Made by a program: the position numbers and the translations under genes. Shown piece after piece: positions 1 through 11,057 of a DNA stretch of 64,000 nt. Source of the stretch: Chthonomonadales bacterium (GTDB lineage Bacteria > Armatimonadota > Chthonomonadetes > Chthonomonadales > CAJBBX01); contig JBMFSQ010000002.1 of NCBI GenBank assembly GCA_049967475.1, positions 32,001-96,000 of the forward strand, written 5' to 3'. The notes below the pieces were generated by a model. The model was not told the origin of the DNA. It ran no database searches and saw only the letters and a program-made list of their open reading frames with translations. The first letter of the stretch is position 1, and each line of letters opens with the position of its first letter.

Positions 1-1
1 C

Positions 2-196
2 GAAGCGTATGAAACCTTCGGCCGCTTCGAAGAGCATCTTGCCGCCAATGGGATAGACCTCAAGGCGGATCGGTACCGCCTGGGACGGCGGCTCGTGGTT
101 GACGGCGGCAGAGAGAGTTTCCGAGGCGATCCGGAAGCAGTGGCCATGCTTACCCGCAACTACAGGCCGCCGTTCGTAGTCCCCGACAAGGTTTAG
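2..196 (+). CDS. 3' end of a probable Gfo/Idh/MocA-family oxidoreductase (partial, runs off window start)
   Basis: Frame 2 is open from the edge: EAYETFGRFEEHLAANG...DPEAVAMLTRNYRPPFVVPDKV*. The 'LTRxYRxPF' tail is typical of this family's C-termini. Confidence 0.6.
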   Translation, partial: EAYETFGRFEEHLAANGIDLKADRYRLGRRLVVDGGRESFRGDPEAVAMLTRNYRPPFVVPDKV

Positions 197-270
197 GCGA
201 TCCGACGCCGTATCGGCTCCGTTCCCGCAATCCACAGGTACGCATGCCCGTTTCCGAGGAGGAAGTCTCG

Positions 271-2286
271 ATGCCTTTTGCCGCCGCTCAGCCCCCGGCC
301 ACGCAGCCGGGCACCCTACACGTGGGCCCCTTCGGCCAACTCGTGTCCACGCGCTACACCCACCAGGAGGGGCTGGGAGCCGGTCCAGTCACAGCGATAC
401 GCATCCAGAACAGCCAGGTATGGGTACAAATAGGCAATGGATGGTGGGTGCTGGAGGGGAACAAATGGAAGACCTCCGCGCCGCCGCAAGGAGCAGGCAT
501 CCAGCTACCTCCAGGCATTCCTCAGCCGCCGGGCCCGCCCGTTCTGAGTTTCGCCGCATCGCCTAGGGGCGACATGCTGGCTGTGACGGCCGAGGGAGCC
601 TTCCGATACCATGCCGGCGCTTGGCAGCCGCTTCAACTTCCACGCACCTACAAAGCCTTCCAGCCCGTGCCGAACATTGACGCAACGGTGCGAGCCGTAT
701 GCAGCGACGGAACTTCCGTGTATCTTGCTACCGACCGCGGCCTCTATATTACCGATGGCGGCGATTGGTGGCATCCCCTCAACCGCGACGATGGAATGCC
801 CTATGAAGACCTCCTCGCCCTATGCGTAGGACCCAATGGAGATGTGTGGGGCGGTACCACCCAGGGCGCATGGCGCCTGAGGGCCGGAAGATGGAGGTAT
901 TTCTGGGGGCAGCGATGGATCCCAGGAAACAAAGTGTGGGCCGTTGCGGTAGCGCCCGACGGATCAGCGTGGCTGGGCACGGACCAAGGTGTCGCGCATA
1001 TCCAGGAACAGCCCATGACCCTGGCGCGCAAGGCTGAGCACTACGAGCGCATCACACGCCGGCGGCACAATCGTCGAGGCTATGTAACCGGCTGCGACCT
1101 GAACAAACCCGGAGATCTCAGCGCAGGATTTACCCCTGTAGCCAGCGACAACGACGGCCTCTGGACCGCCCTCTATGTAGCAGCCGAAAGCTTCCGCTAT
1201 GCTGTTACCCACTCCCCGGAGGCCAGGCAATATGCCCGCGAAAGCATGAACGCCCTCCTGGACCTGGTGCGTCTTACCGGTCAACCTGGCTTCCCGGCTC
1301 GAACGGTGGTGCGCCACGGAGAAGCAGTCCACGGATACAACCCCGCAGAAACGGTGCGCATCCCTGGAGGAACCGCACCTCTTTGGTTCCAATCGCCCAT
1401 AGACCCAAACGTGGTGTGCAAGGGCGACACCTCCTCCGACGAACTGGATGGGCACTACCTTGCCTGGTACGTTTACTATGAGCACGTAGCCGATCCTCAA
1501 GAAAAAGAAGAGATCCGTGCTACGGTGCGCGCGGTAACCAACAACATCCTCGACCACAATTACACCTTGGTGGGACCTACCGGTTACCATACCCGCTGGG
1601 GCGTGTTTGGGCCGCAGTTTCTCAATGATGATCCTACGTGGTTCGAGGAGCGTGGCCTCAACTCGGCGGAAATGCTGTGCTACCTCAAAGTCGCCCAGCA
1701 TATCTGCGGCGACAAGCGCTTCTTCGATGCGTATGAAACCCTCATCCGGGACCACCATTATCTGCAGAACACTCTCAATTACCGGCGGGATGTACCGTGG
1801 TGGGCTCTGAACCATTCCGACGACGAGCTGGCCTATTGCGTTTACTACCCGCTTCTCATGCTGGAGAAGGATCCCGGCCGCCGGGCAGTACTCCTTCGCG
1901 CCGTGACTGCCACATGGGAAGGCGGCCCCATTACTGCCGGCCTCAAGGAAGAGCGAAGCCCCTTCTATGCCTTCATTTACGGAGCCCTTACCGGCTCGCC
2001 ATGCCGGGTTGAGGATGCCGTAGACACTCTGGAGGATTGGCCCTGGGAGTTGATTGATTGGCCCGTTCGCAACAGCCACCGGCACGACGTAACCCTGCGC
2101 ACGGCCCGCGGCGGGCGCAACCAGACGGAGATTGACCGCGTGCTCCCAGCGAGCGAGCGGCGCGTGATCCGCTGGAACGGCGACCCATGGGAACCCGACG
2201 GAGGCGATCCCGGCGATGAAGAGGACGGAGCGGCCTGGCTCCTGCCGTATTGGCTGGGCCGGTTCCATGGCCTCATCGCCGGTTGA
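271..2286 (+). CDS. Beta-propeller (two-component-regulator-propeller-like) plus alpha/alpha-barrel, glycoside-hydrolase-like protein
   Basis: Propeller repeats (YLATDRGL, VWGGTTQG, AWLGTDQGV) followed by SDNDGLWT and GDTSSDELDGH motifs. ATG 271 has a GAGGAGG RBS; the ORF track starts at 244. Confidence 0.6.
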   Translation: MPFAAAQPPATQPGTLHVGPFGQLVSTRYTHQEGLGAGPVTAIRIQNSQVWVQIGNGWWVLEGNKWKTSAPPQGAGIQLPPGIPQPPGPPVLSFAASPRGDMLAVTAEGAFRYHAGAWQPLQLPRTYKAFQPVPNIDATVRAVCSDGTSVYLATDRGLYITDGGDWWHPLNRDDGMPYEDLLALCVGPNGDVWGGTTQGAWRLRAGRWRYFWGQRWIPGNKVWAVAVAPDGSAWLGTDQGVAHIQEQPMTLARKAEHYERITRRRHNRRGYVTGCDLNKPGDLSAGFTPVASDNDGLWTALYVAAESFRYAVTHSPEARQYARESMNALLDLVRLTGQPGFPARTVVRHGEAVHGYNPAETVRIPGGTAPLWFQSPIDPNVVCKGDTSSDELDGHYLAWYVYYEHVADPQEKEEIRATVRAVTNNILDHNYTLVGPTGYHTRWGVFGPQFLNDDPTWFEERGLNSAEMLCYLKVAQHICGDKRFFDAYETLIRDHHYLQNTLNYRRDVPWWALNHSDDELAYCVYYPLLMLEKDPGRRAVLLRAVTATWEGGPITAGLKEERSPFYAFIYGALTGSPCRVEDAVDTLEDWPWELIDWPVRNSHRHDVTLRTARGGRNQTEIDRVLPASERRVIRWNGDPWEPDGGDPGDEEDGAAWLLPYWLGRFHGLIAG

Positions 2287-2308
2287 ACACGTACCGCCTT
2301 ATTGATGC

Positions 2309-2662
2309 CTACAGACCAAGGTCCGGCAGGTTCATTCCGCCAGTCACACGATCCATACGCTCCTTGGCCAGAGCAGCGGCCTTCTCTTCGGCCTCACGCA
2401 CGGCGGTGAGGATCAAGTCTTGCAGCATCTCCACATCTTCGGGGTCCACAGCATCAGGCCGTATGCGCAGATCGAGGAGCTTGCCCTCCCCGCTCACTAC
2501 AGCATGGACTGCGCCTCCGCCCGATGTGGCCTCAACGCGCGCCTCTGCGAGCTCCTGGCGCATCGCCTGCATCTCTTCTTGCATCTTCTGCGCCTGCTTC
2601 ATCAGCTTGGCCACGTCCCCTAGACCCCCAAATCCGCCTCGTCCTCCAAAGCCACGCCCCAT
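2309..2662 (-). CDS. ybaB: YbaB/EbfC nucleoid-associated protein
   Basis: MKQAQKMQ...SGGGAV...DPEDVEMLQDLILTAV; directly downstream of dnaX. Confidence 0.93.
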   Translation of the reverse strand: MGRGFGGRGGFGGLGDVAKLMKQAQKMQEEMQAMRQELAEARVEATSGGGAVHAVVSGEGKLLDLRIRPDAVDPEDVEMLQDLILTAVREAEEKAAALAKERMDRVTGGMNLPDLGL

Positions 2663-2695
2663 GTGCCTCTCCTTTCCGTTGCCTCGTCGAGACCC

Positions 2696-4366
2696 CTACT
2701 CATCCTGGAGCATTCCAGGGAATGCATCTTCTACAGCCTTTAGGATGCCGATTTCCTCGGCGCCCTCCGTGTGCTGGGCAAGCGACTGCTGCGGCGTGGC
2801 GGGTTCGGCTGTATGATCCCCCGCGCCAGCCGAAGGCCCGCCACCAGCCGGTGCCAGGACGCAGCGCACTTTCAGACGCGCCCCTCCCAGCTCCCGCGCC
2901 AACGCCTCCTCCACCACCGCGAGGCGCTTCGGTGCCTGGGCTCGCTCCAACCGAAATTGGTCTGGAAAGCCCACCAATACCTGGCTACCCTCGAGCCCGA
3001 TCACCGTGCTGCCGTTTAGGACGCCCGCAGCGGCAGGATACCGGGCACTAATCCCCTTGCACACTTTTGGCCATATCCGCCGGATTGCCGCTGCATCAAG
3101 CTCCACGAGTGTTGCGGGCGGCGCCGGCGGCGAAGCCTCTTCCGGGCTGCCCGCGGTTGGGGCTGAGGGTTTCTGCCGCACCGCTTCTAAGTGCGCATGC
3201 GTGCTCGTGCCCGGTACAGAAGGCTGCTCTTGGGCTGCGGCTTCCGCCCGCGCAACCTCCTGCACCTTGATTGCCGAGGGGATAATGCTCCAGAAGGCCC
3301 GCTCCAACAAAAGCCGATGTTGATTGGTAAAGCGCAGGTCCCGCTCCGTGTCCGCCAGGACGGCGATCATGGCCAGCAACCGCTCCGCCGTAAAGAGGGC
3401 GGCTTGTTCTTTGAGCTCCTGGAAGCGTTGGGGAGATACTTCTGGGAGGGCTTCAGCGCTCTCAGCGATAGAGGCCACCAAAACATCGCGCAGGTGTAGC
3501 TGCAGCGCCGAAAGCACCTGCCGCACATCCTTGCCGCTATCCACCAACTTGCCCGCCAGTATGAACGCCTCGGCCATGTCGTCCCGGGCGATGGTTCGAA
3601 CGACCTCATCCAGCAGGTCGGGCCCTACGGATCCGATGGCAGAATGAACTGCGTCCACGGTGAGGCGGCCGTCTGAATATGCCAGCACCTGTTCCAATAA
3701 ACTAAGGGAGTCGCGATAGGATCCCTCAGCGGCTCGTGCCAACGCTGCTACGGCTTCATCCTCATAGGGTATCTGCTCGGCATCCAACACCCGCTTGAGG
3801 TTTGCGCTAAGATCCGCAAAGGTTCCGCGCCGAAAGTCCAATCTCTGGCAGCGGGAACGCACGGTGATGGGAACCTTGCGCGGCTCCGTGGTAGCCAGGA
3901 TAAAAACCACATGCGCCGGAGGTTCTTCCAGGGTTTTCAGGAGGGCATCGAAGGCTTTGGCGGAAAGATCGTGAACTTCATCAATAATGTATACCTTGTA
4001 CCGAGCCTCCACCGGCGCATACCGGGCGTTTTCGATGATTTTCTCGCGGACATCGTCTATCCCAGTCTCCGAAGCAGCGTCCATTTCGATGACGTCCATG
4101 GCAGACCCGTCTCGGATGCGCACGCACAAATCGCATACCCCGCACGGTTCCGGAGTGGGTGCTGGGAAGCTTTGGCAGTTGAGAGCCTTGGCCAGGAGGC
4201 GGGCCGTGGACGTTTTGCCGCATCCCCGCGGTCCACAGAAGAGATAGGCGTGGGCGATCTTTCCCGACCGAAGGGCATTCTGGAGCACCACCGTTACGTG
4301 GTTTTGCCCTACGACTTCGGCAAACGATTGTGACCGGTATTTGCGGTAGAGGGACACGTAGGCCAT
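2696..4366 (-). CDS. dnaX: DNA polymerase III subunit gamma/tau
   Basis: LYRKYR, HAYLFCGPRGCGKTS, IIDEVH, LLKTLEEPP and SRCQ motifs. Confidence 0.97.
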   Translation of the reverse strand: MAYVSLYRKYRSQSFAEVVGQNHVTVVLQNALRSGKIAHAYLFCGPRGCGKTSTARLLAKALNCQSFPAPTPEPCGVCDLCVRIRDGSAMDVIEMDAASETGIDDVREKIIENARYAPVEARYKVYIIDEVHDLSAKAFDALLKTLEEPPAHVVFILATTEPRKVPITVRSRCQRLDFRRGTFADLSANLKRVLDAEQIPYEDEAVAALARAAEGSYRDSLSLLEQVLAYSDGRLTVDAVHSAIGSVGPDLLDEVVRTIARDDMAEAFILAGKLVDSGKDVRQVLSALQLHLRDVLVASIAESAEALPEVSPQRFQELKEQAALFTAERLLAMIAVLADTERDLRFTNQHRLLLERAFWSIIPSAIKVQEVARAEAAAQEQPSVPGTSTHAHLEAVRQKPSAPTAGSPEEASPPAPPATLVELDAAAIRRIWPKVCKGISARYPAAAGVLNGSTVIGLEGSQVLVGFPDQFRLERAQAPKRLAVVEEALARELGGARLKVRCVLAPAGGGPSAGAGDHTAEPATPQQSLAQHTEGAEEIGILKAVEDAFPGMLQDE

Positions 4367-4433
4367 GGCATAAACTGTCGGGGCGACGAGAGGAAGGCTC
4401 CTTTCATCCGTCCCGCCACCCCGCGAAGAAGAC

Positions 4434-4709
4434 GTGATCGTGCACCCTGCTTTTGATGCGCCTCCCCCCGGAAGCAGTCGCCCACAGCTCCGGCCAGGCG
4501 TTCACGCGGCACTCGGGGACGCACTCTTAGTGCTGCTGCCTTCCGGCCCTGACACGGTTCGAGTGGTCGCCGATGCGCGGGTCCCGGCCATCAACACTGC
4601 AGCGCGGTTGTTGAACCGAAAAGAGACCGCACCGGGAGCAGGGAATTCGACCCCGCTATAGCGGATTGCGGGTTCAGGGCACCGCTAGCTCCCCGTCTAG
4701 CACGATCAC
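4434..4709 (-). ncRNA. ffs: Signal recognition particle RNA, large (Bacillus scRNA-type, with Alu domain)
   Basis: Minus strand reads GTGATCGTGCTAGACGGGGAGCTAGCGGTGCCCTGAACCCGCAATCCGCTATAGCGGGG (Alu) ... GAACCGTGTCAGGGCCGGAAGGCAGCAGC (helix 8) ... GGTGCACGATCAC. The termini pair, it sits in the canonical position upstream of dnaX, and a TATAAC -10 lies just upstream. Confidence 0.93.
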
Positions 4710-4839
4710 TTTGTTATACGCTATCTGCGCCGGGAATCCTCCGCGACGCATCCACGAGGGCAGCAGGAGTATGCATCCATTCATCGAACTATAGCGCGGC
4801 AAGCGATTGCTGCCAATGCCTTCTATGGGAGCTCATTCC

Positions 4840-6297
4840 ATGAACCAGAATACGCAAAACACGGGCCCATCATCCCCTCCTGAAAATGCGCCGCAGGCGT
4901 CACCCTCGGCCCCCAATATCACGCCCTCGTTGTGCATTCATCTGGCTGCCGTCCAGCTTCTGCTTGCCCTCGTAGTGCTTCTTTCCAAGATGAACGGATT
5001 GCAGCAGCTTTGCGGCGTCATCATCATGGGGATCCTAGCATTGGCCTCGTTGGCGACGTTCGTTAAACTTGCTGCACCGCATGCGACCCCAGCCGTGCTG
5101 CCGACCCGCCAGTCCTATGCTCCCACCGACCGGCGCCTCTCCCATGGGCTTGGCATGGCCACCGCTGCGGAACCTGAACTCAGCGAAGATGCAGCCCTTT
5201 CGCTCATCGCCGATCTGGAGGACCAGCTAGACCGGCTGCGCCGCCTCCCCTTCGGCGTCGTGATGGATTTCGATGAGGAGCGCTTCATCTACACTCTGGT
5301 GAAGCTGAAAACAGCCGTCAAGTCCCTCGTTGCGGGCCGCACCCCTGCACCCGCTGCGCCGGAACGTGCCTCCTCGCCGCTTCCCGAAGCGGTGGGCGTG
5401 GGATCGCCCGCCTCATCACCCACCACGCACGGGCACACCATACCCGAGCCTGTGCCCATGGAAGACCGCGCCGACCTGCCGGAGCGAAACGGTTCTTTTC
5501 CGGAAGACGTACTCACAGCCGGCCAGGCCGCCCCTCCTTCCCTGCCTATCGCGTCCGAGGCGCCCGTGCCGGGCGGGACCGGCCACCTGGCCCCTCCCAC
5601 CGGCGAAGAATATCCTGCCTGGCCGGACGCTGAGGCGCCTGCAGCCCCGGGAACAGCCGAGGAACCATCACACGCGATGTATCATGAAGAAGAGCCGGGA
5701 ACTCCGTCGTTTCCCGTTGCTCCTGTGGGAGGGCCCGAGCCTGAACAGCCTGTCTCTGCCCCGCCACAGCCCCCGGCTGAAGGTCCCCTTGAAGCTGCGG
5801 AAGCACCTGGCCCGGAGCCATCCATCCAGCACCCTGTGGAGCCGGACCTGCGTACTCCGATGGCCGTTACAGGAACCGAAGCCATCGCAGAAGCACGGCG
5901 AGCCCTGCGGCGGGGGGACGTGGAAGCCGCTATCGCGCTTCTGCAGAATGTGGAACCCGCAGATTCCGCATCAGCCGAGGCATCCGAGCTGCTCGGTATC
6001 GCGCTGTATCATTCGGGAGATCAGGAAGGGGCTCTGGACGCGCTTCAACGCGCCGTGGCGCACGATCCCAGGCGTGCCTCGGCACATTACAACCTTGCCG
6101 TGGTACTCAAGACTGCAGGGGATATCCACTCCGCCCGCCTCCATGCAGATCTCGCTCTGGATCTCAAGCCGGATTACGCCGCCGCCAGGCAGCTCCGGGA
6201 ACAGCTTGTGGATGCAGTCAGCCGGAGCAGCCCGCCCGCTACTTCCGCTTCGAGGGCGGCGGCCCAAGATCCTCACGGTTCTGCGGCTCATCCGTGA
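4840..6297 (+). CDS. Membrane protein with 2 N-terminal TM helices, long Pro/Glu-rich linker and C-terminal TPRs
   Basis: Two hydrophobic segments, a low-complexity linker and TPR motifs (LLGIALYHSGD..GALDALQRAV..DP; AHYNLAVVL). Start uncertain (4807-4840). Confidence 0.7.
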   Translation: MNQNTQNTGPSSPPENAPQASPSAPNITPSLCIHLAAVQLLLALVVLLSKMNGLQQLCGVIIMGILALASLATFVKLAAPHATPAVLPTRQSYAPTDRRLSHGLGMATAAEPELSEDAALSLIADLEDQLDRLRRLPFGVVMDFDEERFIYTLVKLKTAVKSLVAGRTPAPAAPERASSPLPEAVGVGSPASSPTTHGHTIPEPVPMEDRADLPERNGSFPEDVLTAGQAAPPSLPIASEAPVPGGTGHLAPPTGEEYPAWPDAEAPAAPGTAEEPSHAMYHEEEPGTPSFPVAPVGGPEPEQPVSAPPQPPAEGPLEAAEAPGPEPSIQHPVEPDLRTPMAVTGTEAIAEARRALRRGDVEAAIALLQNVEPADSASAEASELLGIALYHSGDQEGALDALQRAVAHDPRRASAHYNLAVVLKTAGDIHSARLHADLALDLKPDYAAARQLREQLVDAVSRSSPPATSASRAAAQDPHGSAAHP

Positions 6298-6886
6298 GGC
6301 GATCGGTGAGCCCGGCGATCATTATAACGAGAGCCTGGCTTACCTCTCTGCCGGTAACAGGCTGAGGCCCGGGCTTCAGCACTATAGAAGGCGGGAAGGC
6401 CATGCGCCCATCCACCAGATAGGCAACAGCGCTGTAGGCTGGATCCGACTTGGGCACCAGGATCTTCGGGCGGCTGGGAAAGATGAGCGACCCATAGAAA
6501 ACCTTGTGGCGATCCGCCGGCAGTCCAGCCGCCACGTAGCGGGCGACCTTTGAAATCACGGCAGCCAGTGTGTACCGCGTGACGGGACCAGATGGGGACT
6601 GGGCAAATCCCCCCGACGGCCGGAGAGGGATGGCGCTATCCTTGGGCCACCTACCGGCCAGCAGGCTTCGTGCCAACGCGGCGAGGGTTATAGCCAACTC
6701 GCGGCGTGTCACCAATTGGGCGCCGCGGAACTTTCCCCCTGGAGCCGTCATTACGCCGCGGCTCACCACATCTGCCACGGCTGCACGGGCCCAATGGCTT
6801 CCGGGGACATCATTGGGCACCGGCGGAAGTCGGCTTCCTGTTGAGGCCGCTTGGGAAATCAATACCGCCAACAAGACAAGATGCAT
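6239..6886 (-). CDS. S-layer homology (SLH) domain exported protein
   Basis: Signal peptide, then DVPGSHWARAAV..VVSRGVM...F.G...VTRRELA; a second degenerate SLH follows. Confidence 0.8.
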   Translation of the reverse strand: MHLVLLAVLISQAASTGSRLPPVPNDVPGSHWARAAVADVVSRGVMTAPGGKFRGAQLVTRRELAITLAALARSLLAGRWPKDSAIPLRPSGGFAQSPSGPVTRYTLAAVISKVARYVAAGLPADRHKVFYGSLIFPSRPKILVPKSDPAYSAVAYLVDGRMAFPPSIVLKPGPQPVTGREVSQALVIMIAGLTDRLTDEPQNREDLGPPPSKRK

Positions 6887-6959
6887 GAGAGGGCTCCTCG
6901 CTCTCTAGTTGCGGTAAGACTGCAGGGGCGCAGCCCGATGCTCGGCATGGAGGGGGGAG

Positions 6960-7988
6960 CTACCCCGCTCCGGACACCACTTGGCTTCCTTCGCTCTGGC
7001 GAATAGCCCGCAGCTCCTCGAGCGCTCTGCCAGTGCCTATGGCCACACACGACAGGGGGTCCTCAGCCACATGAACCGGGATGCCCGTCCCCTCCGAAAG
7101 GAGCTTGTCCAGCCCGCGGAGGAGCGCCCCACCGCCGGTCAGCCAGATGCCGCGCTCGATGATATCCGCGGAAAGCTCCGGCGGCGTCTGCTCCAGCACG
7201 GACTTTACGCGTTCGACGATTTGCGTCACGGGCTCCGAAAGGGCCTCACGCACCTCTTCCGATGTTACCTGAACGGTGCGAGGGAGCCCTGCTACCAAAT
7301 CGCGCCCTCGCACATCCATCACCAACTCCTGTTCCAAGGGAAACGCCGATCCGATCTTGATCTTGATCTCCTCGGCGGTGCGGTCTCCAATCATGAGATT
7401 GTAGGCATTCTTGATATGCCGGATGATTACCTCATCCATCTTGTTGCCGCCCACTCTGAGGCTGCGGGAGATGCAGATGCCCTCCAAGGAGATCACCGCA
7501 ATGTCCGTGGTTCCGCCCCCAATATCCACCACCATGTTGCCGCCTGGGGTGGAGATGGGCAATCCTGCGCCGATAGCGGCTGCCATAGGCTCTTCGATGG
7601 TGTAAGCCTCCCCAGCACCGGCCTCCTTGGCCGCCTGGATCACGGCGCGACGCTCTACGCTGGTAACTCCGGAAGGAACGCAGATCAGGACCCGGGGTTT
7701 GAAAAGCCGCTTTCGCCCGATCACGCGGTGGAACAAGTGCTCCAACATGCGCAGGGTCGTCGTATAATCTGCGATGACGCCTTCGGACATGGGACGTACG
7801 GCTACGATGTTCCCCGGCGTACGCCCGATCATCAACCGAGCCTCTTCACCCACAGCCAGCACCTTCTTCGTCTGGCTGGCAATGGCGACGACGGACGGCT
7901 CGCGCAGCACGATGCCTCTGCCGCGAACGTACACAAGGATATTCGCCGTCCCCAGGTCTATGCCGATTTCCGGCGTCAGCGAGAACAC
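6960..7988 (-). CDS. mreB: Rod shape-determining protein MreB/Mbl
   Basis: [33 protein letters not shown] and LTGGGALL motifs. Confidence 0.96.
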   Translation of the reverse strand: MFSLTPEIGIDLGTANILVYVRGRGIVLREPSVVAIASQTKKVLAVGEEARLMIGRTPGNIVAVRPMSEGVIADYTTTLRMLEHLFHRVIGRKRLFKPRVLICVPSGVTSVERRAVIQAAKEAGAGEAYTIEEPMAAAIGAGLPISTPGGNMVVDIGGGTTDIAVISLEGICISRSLRVGGNKMDEVIIRHIKNAYNLMIGDRTAEEIKIKIGSAFPLEQELVMDVRGRDLVAGLPRTVQVTSEEVREALSEPVTQIVERVKSVLEQTPPELSADIIERGIWLTGGGALLRGLDKLLSEGTGIPVHVAEDPLSCVAIGTGRALEELRAIRQSEGSQVVSGAG

Positions 7989-9268
7989 GCTCCAACCCCT
8001 TCGGATGCCGGCTCTTCTGCTTTACGGGAGATATCCGCTCCGAGGCTCCTGAGCTTACCCACCAGATCCTCATACCCTCGATCTATATGGTGGATCTCGG
8101 CAATCTCCGTCTCGCCTTCGGCAGCGAGACCCGCACACACCAGGGCCGCGCCGGCTCTAAGGTCGGTTGCACTCACTTCGGCGCCCGTTAGGCATTCCAC
8201 ACCGTGGATCACTGCAGTTCGCCCTTCAACGCTTATATCCGCGCCCATACGCACCAACTCATTCACATACCGGAAGCGGCTTTCGTACACATTCTCGGTG
8301 ATCACAGAGGTGCCATTCGCCACCGCCAACAGAGCAGCGAAGGGTTGCTGCATATCGGTTGGGAAGCCTGGATGGGGCGCCGTCTTGATATTCACTGCAC
8401 GCGGCCGGCCTTCATTCCACACGCGGAGCCCGCCGCTTACCTCCACTACATGAACTCCGGCCTCCGCCAATTTGTTTACAACAGGCCGCATGGTGTCCTC
8501 ACAGGCATTCTCGATGACGATATCACCCTGGGTGATCGCCGCGGCGATGGCGTACGTTCCGGCCTCCATTCGGTCGGAGATGACGGAGTAACTGCCTCCG
8601 GAGAGGCGATCAACTCCATGCACGGTAATGGTGGTCGTGCCCGCACCGGACACTTGCGCGCCCAAACGGTTGAGAAAGTTCGCAAGATCCACAACTTCCG
8701 GCTCTGCGGCGCAATTCTCGATGATCGTGACGCCTTCGGCGAGGCATGCGGCGGTCATCAAGTGCTGTGTGGCCCCGGCACTGGGAAAGTCAAGGTAGAT
8801 ATTCGCACCTGTGAGCTTGCGGGCTTCGGCGGTGTAGACCCCGTGTTCTACGTGGATCTGAGCGCCCAGCCGCTTCAATCCTTCGATATGGAAATTCACC
8901 GGCCGCGTGCCGATATCACACCCCCCCGGAACGGGCACACGGGCAAAGCCGAAACGAGCCAGCAGAGGCCCCAGCACGGAAAAGGATGCCCGCATCTTCC
9001 GCACCAGATCGTAAGGAGCTTCAAGGCTGTAGATGCCGCCTGCGTCAATCGTTACGGTGTGCTCATCCACGAAGCGCGTGGCCGCACCCAGTTTATTGAG
9101 AAGCTCCACCATCGTTTGCGTGTCCCCAATGCGGGGCACATTTCCGAGGGTGATCTTCCCGTCTGCCAGCGCGGCGGCAGCCATGATGGCCAGCGTTGCA
9201 TTCTTGCTGCCGCCTGCCCGCACGTGCCCTTTCAGGGGAACGCCACCGCGAACTACGATCCGGTCCAA
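7976..9268 (-). CDS. murA: UDP-N-acetylglucosamine 1-carboxyvinyltransferase
   Basis: [34 protein letters not shown] and HIDRGYE motifs. Likely TTG start at 9268 behind GAAGGAAGG. Confidence 0.96.
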   Translation of the reverse strand: MDRIVVRGGVPLKGHVRAGGSKNATLAIMAAAALADGKITLGNVPRIGDTQTMVELLNKLGAATRFVDEHTVTIDAGGIYSLEAPYDLVRKMRASFSVLGPLLARFGFARVPVPGGCDIGTRPVNFHIEGLKRLGAQIHVEHGVYTAEARKLTGANIYLDFPSAGATQHLMTAACLAEGVTIIENCAAEPEVVDLANFLNRLGAQVSGAGTTTITVHGVDRLSGGSYSVISDRMEAGTYAIAAAITQGDIVIENACEDTMRPVVNKLAEAGVHVVEVSGGLRVWNEGRPRAVNIKTAPHPGFPTDMQQPFAALLAVANGTSVITENVYESRFRYVNELVRMGADISVEGRTAVIHGVECLTGAEVSATDLRAGAALVCAGLAAEGETEIAEIHHIDRGYEDLVGKLRSLGADISRKAEEPASEGVGACSR

Positions 9269-9376
9269 AGAGCCTATACCTTCCTTCCCCACCGCTGGTA
9301 CGGCTTGATAATCAATCCCTATCAAGTATACCACCAGCCCCCCGGATGAACCTCTGCTCGCGAGCGCCTGGCTCGG

Positions 9377-10984
9377 TCACCGTTTGCGTCTGCAGACCCA
9401 AAGCCACCACGCGCCGATGACGCCGCATACCGCTACAAGGCGGTCCCCCTGGTGTACGTAAGGCGTCGTACCCGAGCCGAGTGCAGCCTCTACGATCATC
9501 GTTCCTGGCCGATACGGACGAAGGGTGCGGAAGCGACCGCTGGGTTCGATCACCCCGGTGAGACCTGTGGTGGCCACGGCTATGGCACATCGCCGCGTCT
9601 CAACCGCTCGGAATACCGTCATGGCGAAATGCTGTGCAAGCTCTTTGGAACGCCCGGCCCACGAGTCGTTGGTCATATTGACCAGCAGATTGGCGCCCTG
9701 CTCCACCCGCGTGCGCGCAAGTACCGGGAAGACACTCTCATAGCAGATGAGCACTGCCAGCCGCGCCGGCCCTGCCTTCAAAGGTGCGTCGCCGTGACCG
9801 GGCACAACATCCTGTTCCGGAAAATGAAACACGTCGCCGAAGGGAAGCCAGCCGCGAAGAGGAACCCATTCCCCCATGGGTACGAGCCAGTGCTTGTCGT
9901 ATCGGGCGACCACGGCCCCGCGCGGATCGAAGAGCACCGCTGAGTTGTGCTCCCCCCCTGCAACATCCGTAACGCTGCTTCCCACGAGCTGCCAGCAACC
10001 CAGGCGGCGCCCGATATCCGCGATGCTCGAACGGACCCACGCGTCATGCTCGACGTCTCCGGGCGCAATCGTCTCAGGCCAAACGATGAGGTCCGGATGA
10101 TCCTGCTTGACGCGCATAGCGAGACTGGCCATCCGGGCAAGCTGCTCTTCGGGAGGCAGGGTGGCTCCCCGCTCGCTGGAGATGTTGGGTTGCATCAAGC
10201 CCAGGCGCACCGATACACCCCTGGGCGCAGCAGCCGGCGATGCAAAGCCGTAAAGCAGCGACGCAACTACAGCCGCTATCGGCAATGCGGAAACCTCCGC
10301 TGCCGCCCGCCCCAACGGCCCTTCATTGCGCCCGCGCAGATGCTTCGCAAGGAGCATGCCCCACGTTGCCACCGCTCCGTTCCCAAGCACCACGACCATT
10401 CCCACGCCATACACACCCACCAGATCCGCCACCTGGATCACAGGCAGGCACCGGTACTGTGTGTAGCCGATGAGGCTCCAGGGCATGGCAATGGCCGTCT
10501 GGGACCTGAGCCACTCCACGAGGGCCCAAGCCACGGCCCAGAGCACCGGCCGCCCTGCCAAAGAGGCCCGCTTCGTCATGAACCACGCCAGGAGCCCAAA
10601 GAGGCCGAACCAGAGCGCCTCAATTGCCGTCAGAAGAAACCATGCCAGCCATCCCCAATCCGTTCCCGACCAGCGCACCACAGTGGTGCCGATCCAGGTT
10701 ACGGTGCTTCCCCAGTGGAGCCATCCGAAGAGATATCCCAGCGCAAAGGCGCGCCGCGCCCGTCCCGCCCAGCAGAGGGCAGCCAGAAGCGGCGCAAGCC
10801 CAAACCAGGCTACGGCACCCCAATCCAACGGAGGAAAGGCTGCCGTCATGAGGACTGCAGACGCCGCCACCGCGGCTGCCAGCACAAAGACTTGCGCGCG
10901 CGGCTCCGCTTCGGTTATACTGGGAGCATCGCCCTTTCGACCGGATGCATCGGCACGTAGGGCGCTGTGAGAGGATCTCCACAT
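9377..10984 (-). CDS. lnt: Apolipoprotein N-acyltransferase
   Basis: Multiple TM segments plus nitrilase-domain motifs VWPE, YDKHWLVPMGE, ICYES and TNDSW. Start uncertain. Confidence 0.92.
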   Translation of the reverse strand: MWRSSHSALRADASGRKGDAPSITEAEPRAQVFVLAAAVAASAVLMTAAFPPLDWGAVAWFGLAPLLAALCWAGRARRAFALGYLFGWLHWGSTVTWIGTTVVRWSGTDWGWLAWFLLTAIEALWFGLFGLLAWFMTKRASLAGRPVLWAVAWALVEWLRSQTAIAMPWSLIGYTQYRCLPVIQVADLVGVYGVGMVVVLGNGAVATWGMLLAKHLRGRNEGPLGRAAAEVSALPIAAVVASLLYGFASPAAAPRGVSVRLGLMQPNISSERGATLPPEEQLARMASLAMRVKQDHPDLIVWPETIAPGDVEHDAWVRSSIADIGRRLGCWQLVGSSVTDVAGGEHNSAVLFDPRGAVVARYDKHWLVPMGEWVPLRGWLPFGDVFHFPEQDVVPGHGDAPLKAGPARLAVLICYESVFPVLARTRVEQGANLLVNMTNDSWAGRSKELAQHFAMTVFRAVETRRCAIAVATTGLTGVIEPSGRFRTLRPYRPGTMIVEAALGSGTTPYVHQGDRLVAVCGVIGAWWLWVCRRKR

Positions 10985-11057
10985 GGTCGAGCCTGACGGG
11001 TTCGGCGTTCAGCCTGTTATGCGCCGAGGTCGGCGCGCCCCCGGATTGTACCCCGCC

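Noticed and set aside
964..2268. Long antisense ORFs (this one, and e.g. 6981-8453, 12597-13898, 25644-27209, 32095-33639, 62615-63880)
   Set aside because: Shadow frames of well-supported genes in high-GC DNA; no recognisable motifs.
2696..4366. Programmed gamma/tau frameshift in dnaX
   Set aside because: No A-AAA-AAG or long A-run slippery site seen.
4434..4661. 75-aa ORF upstream of dnaX
   Set aside because: It is antisense to the SRP RNA gene.
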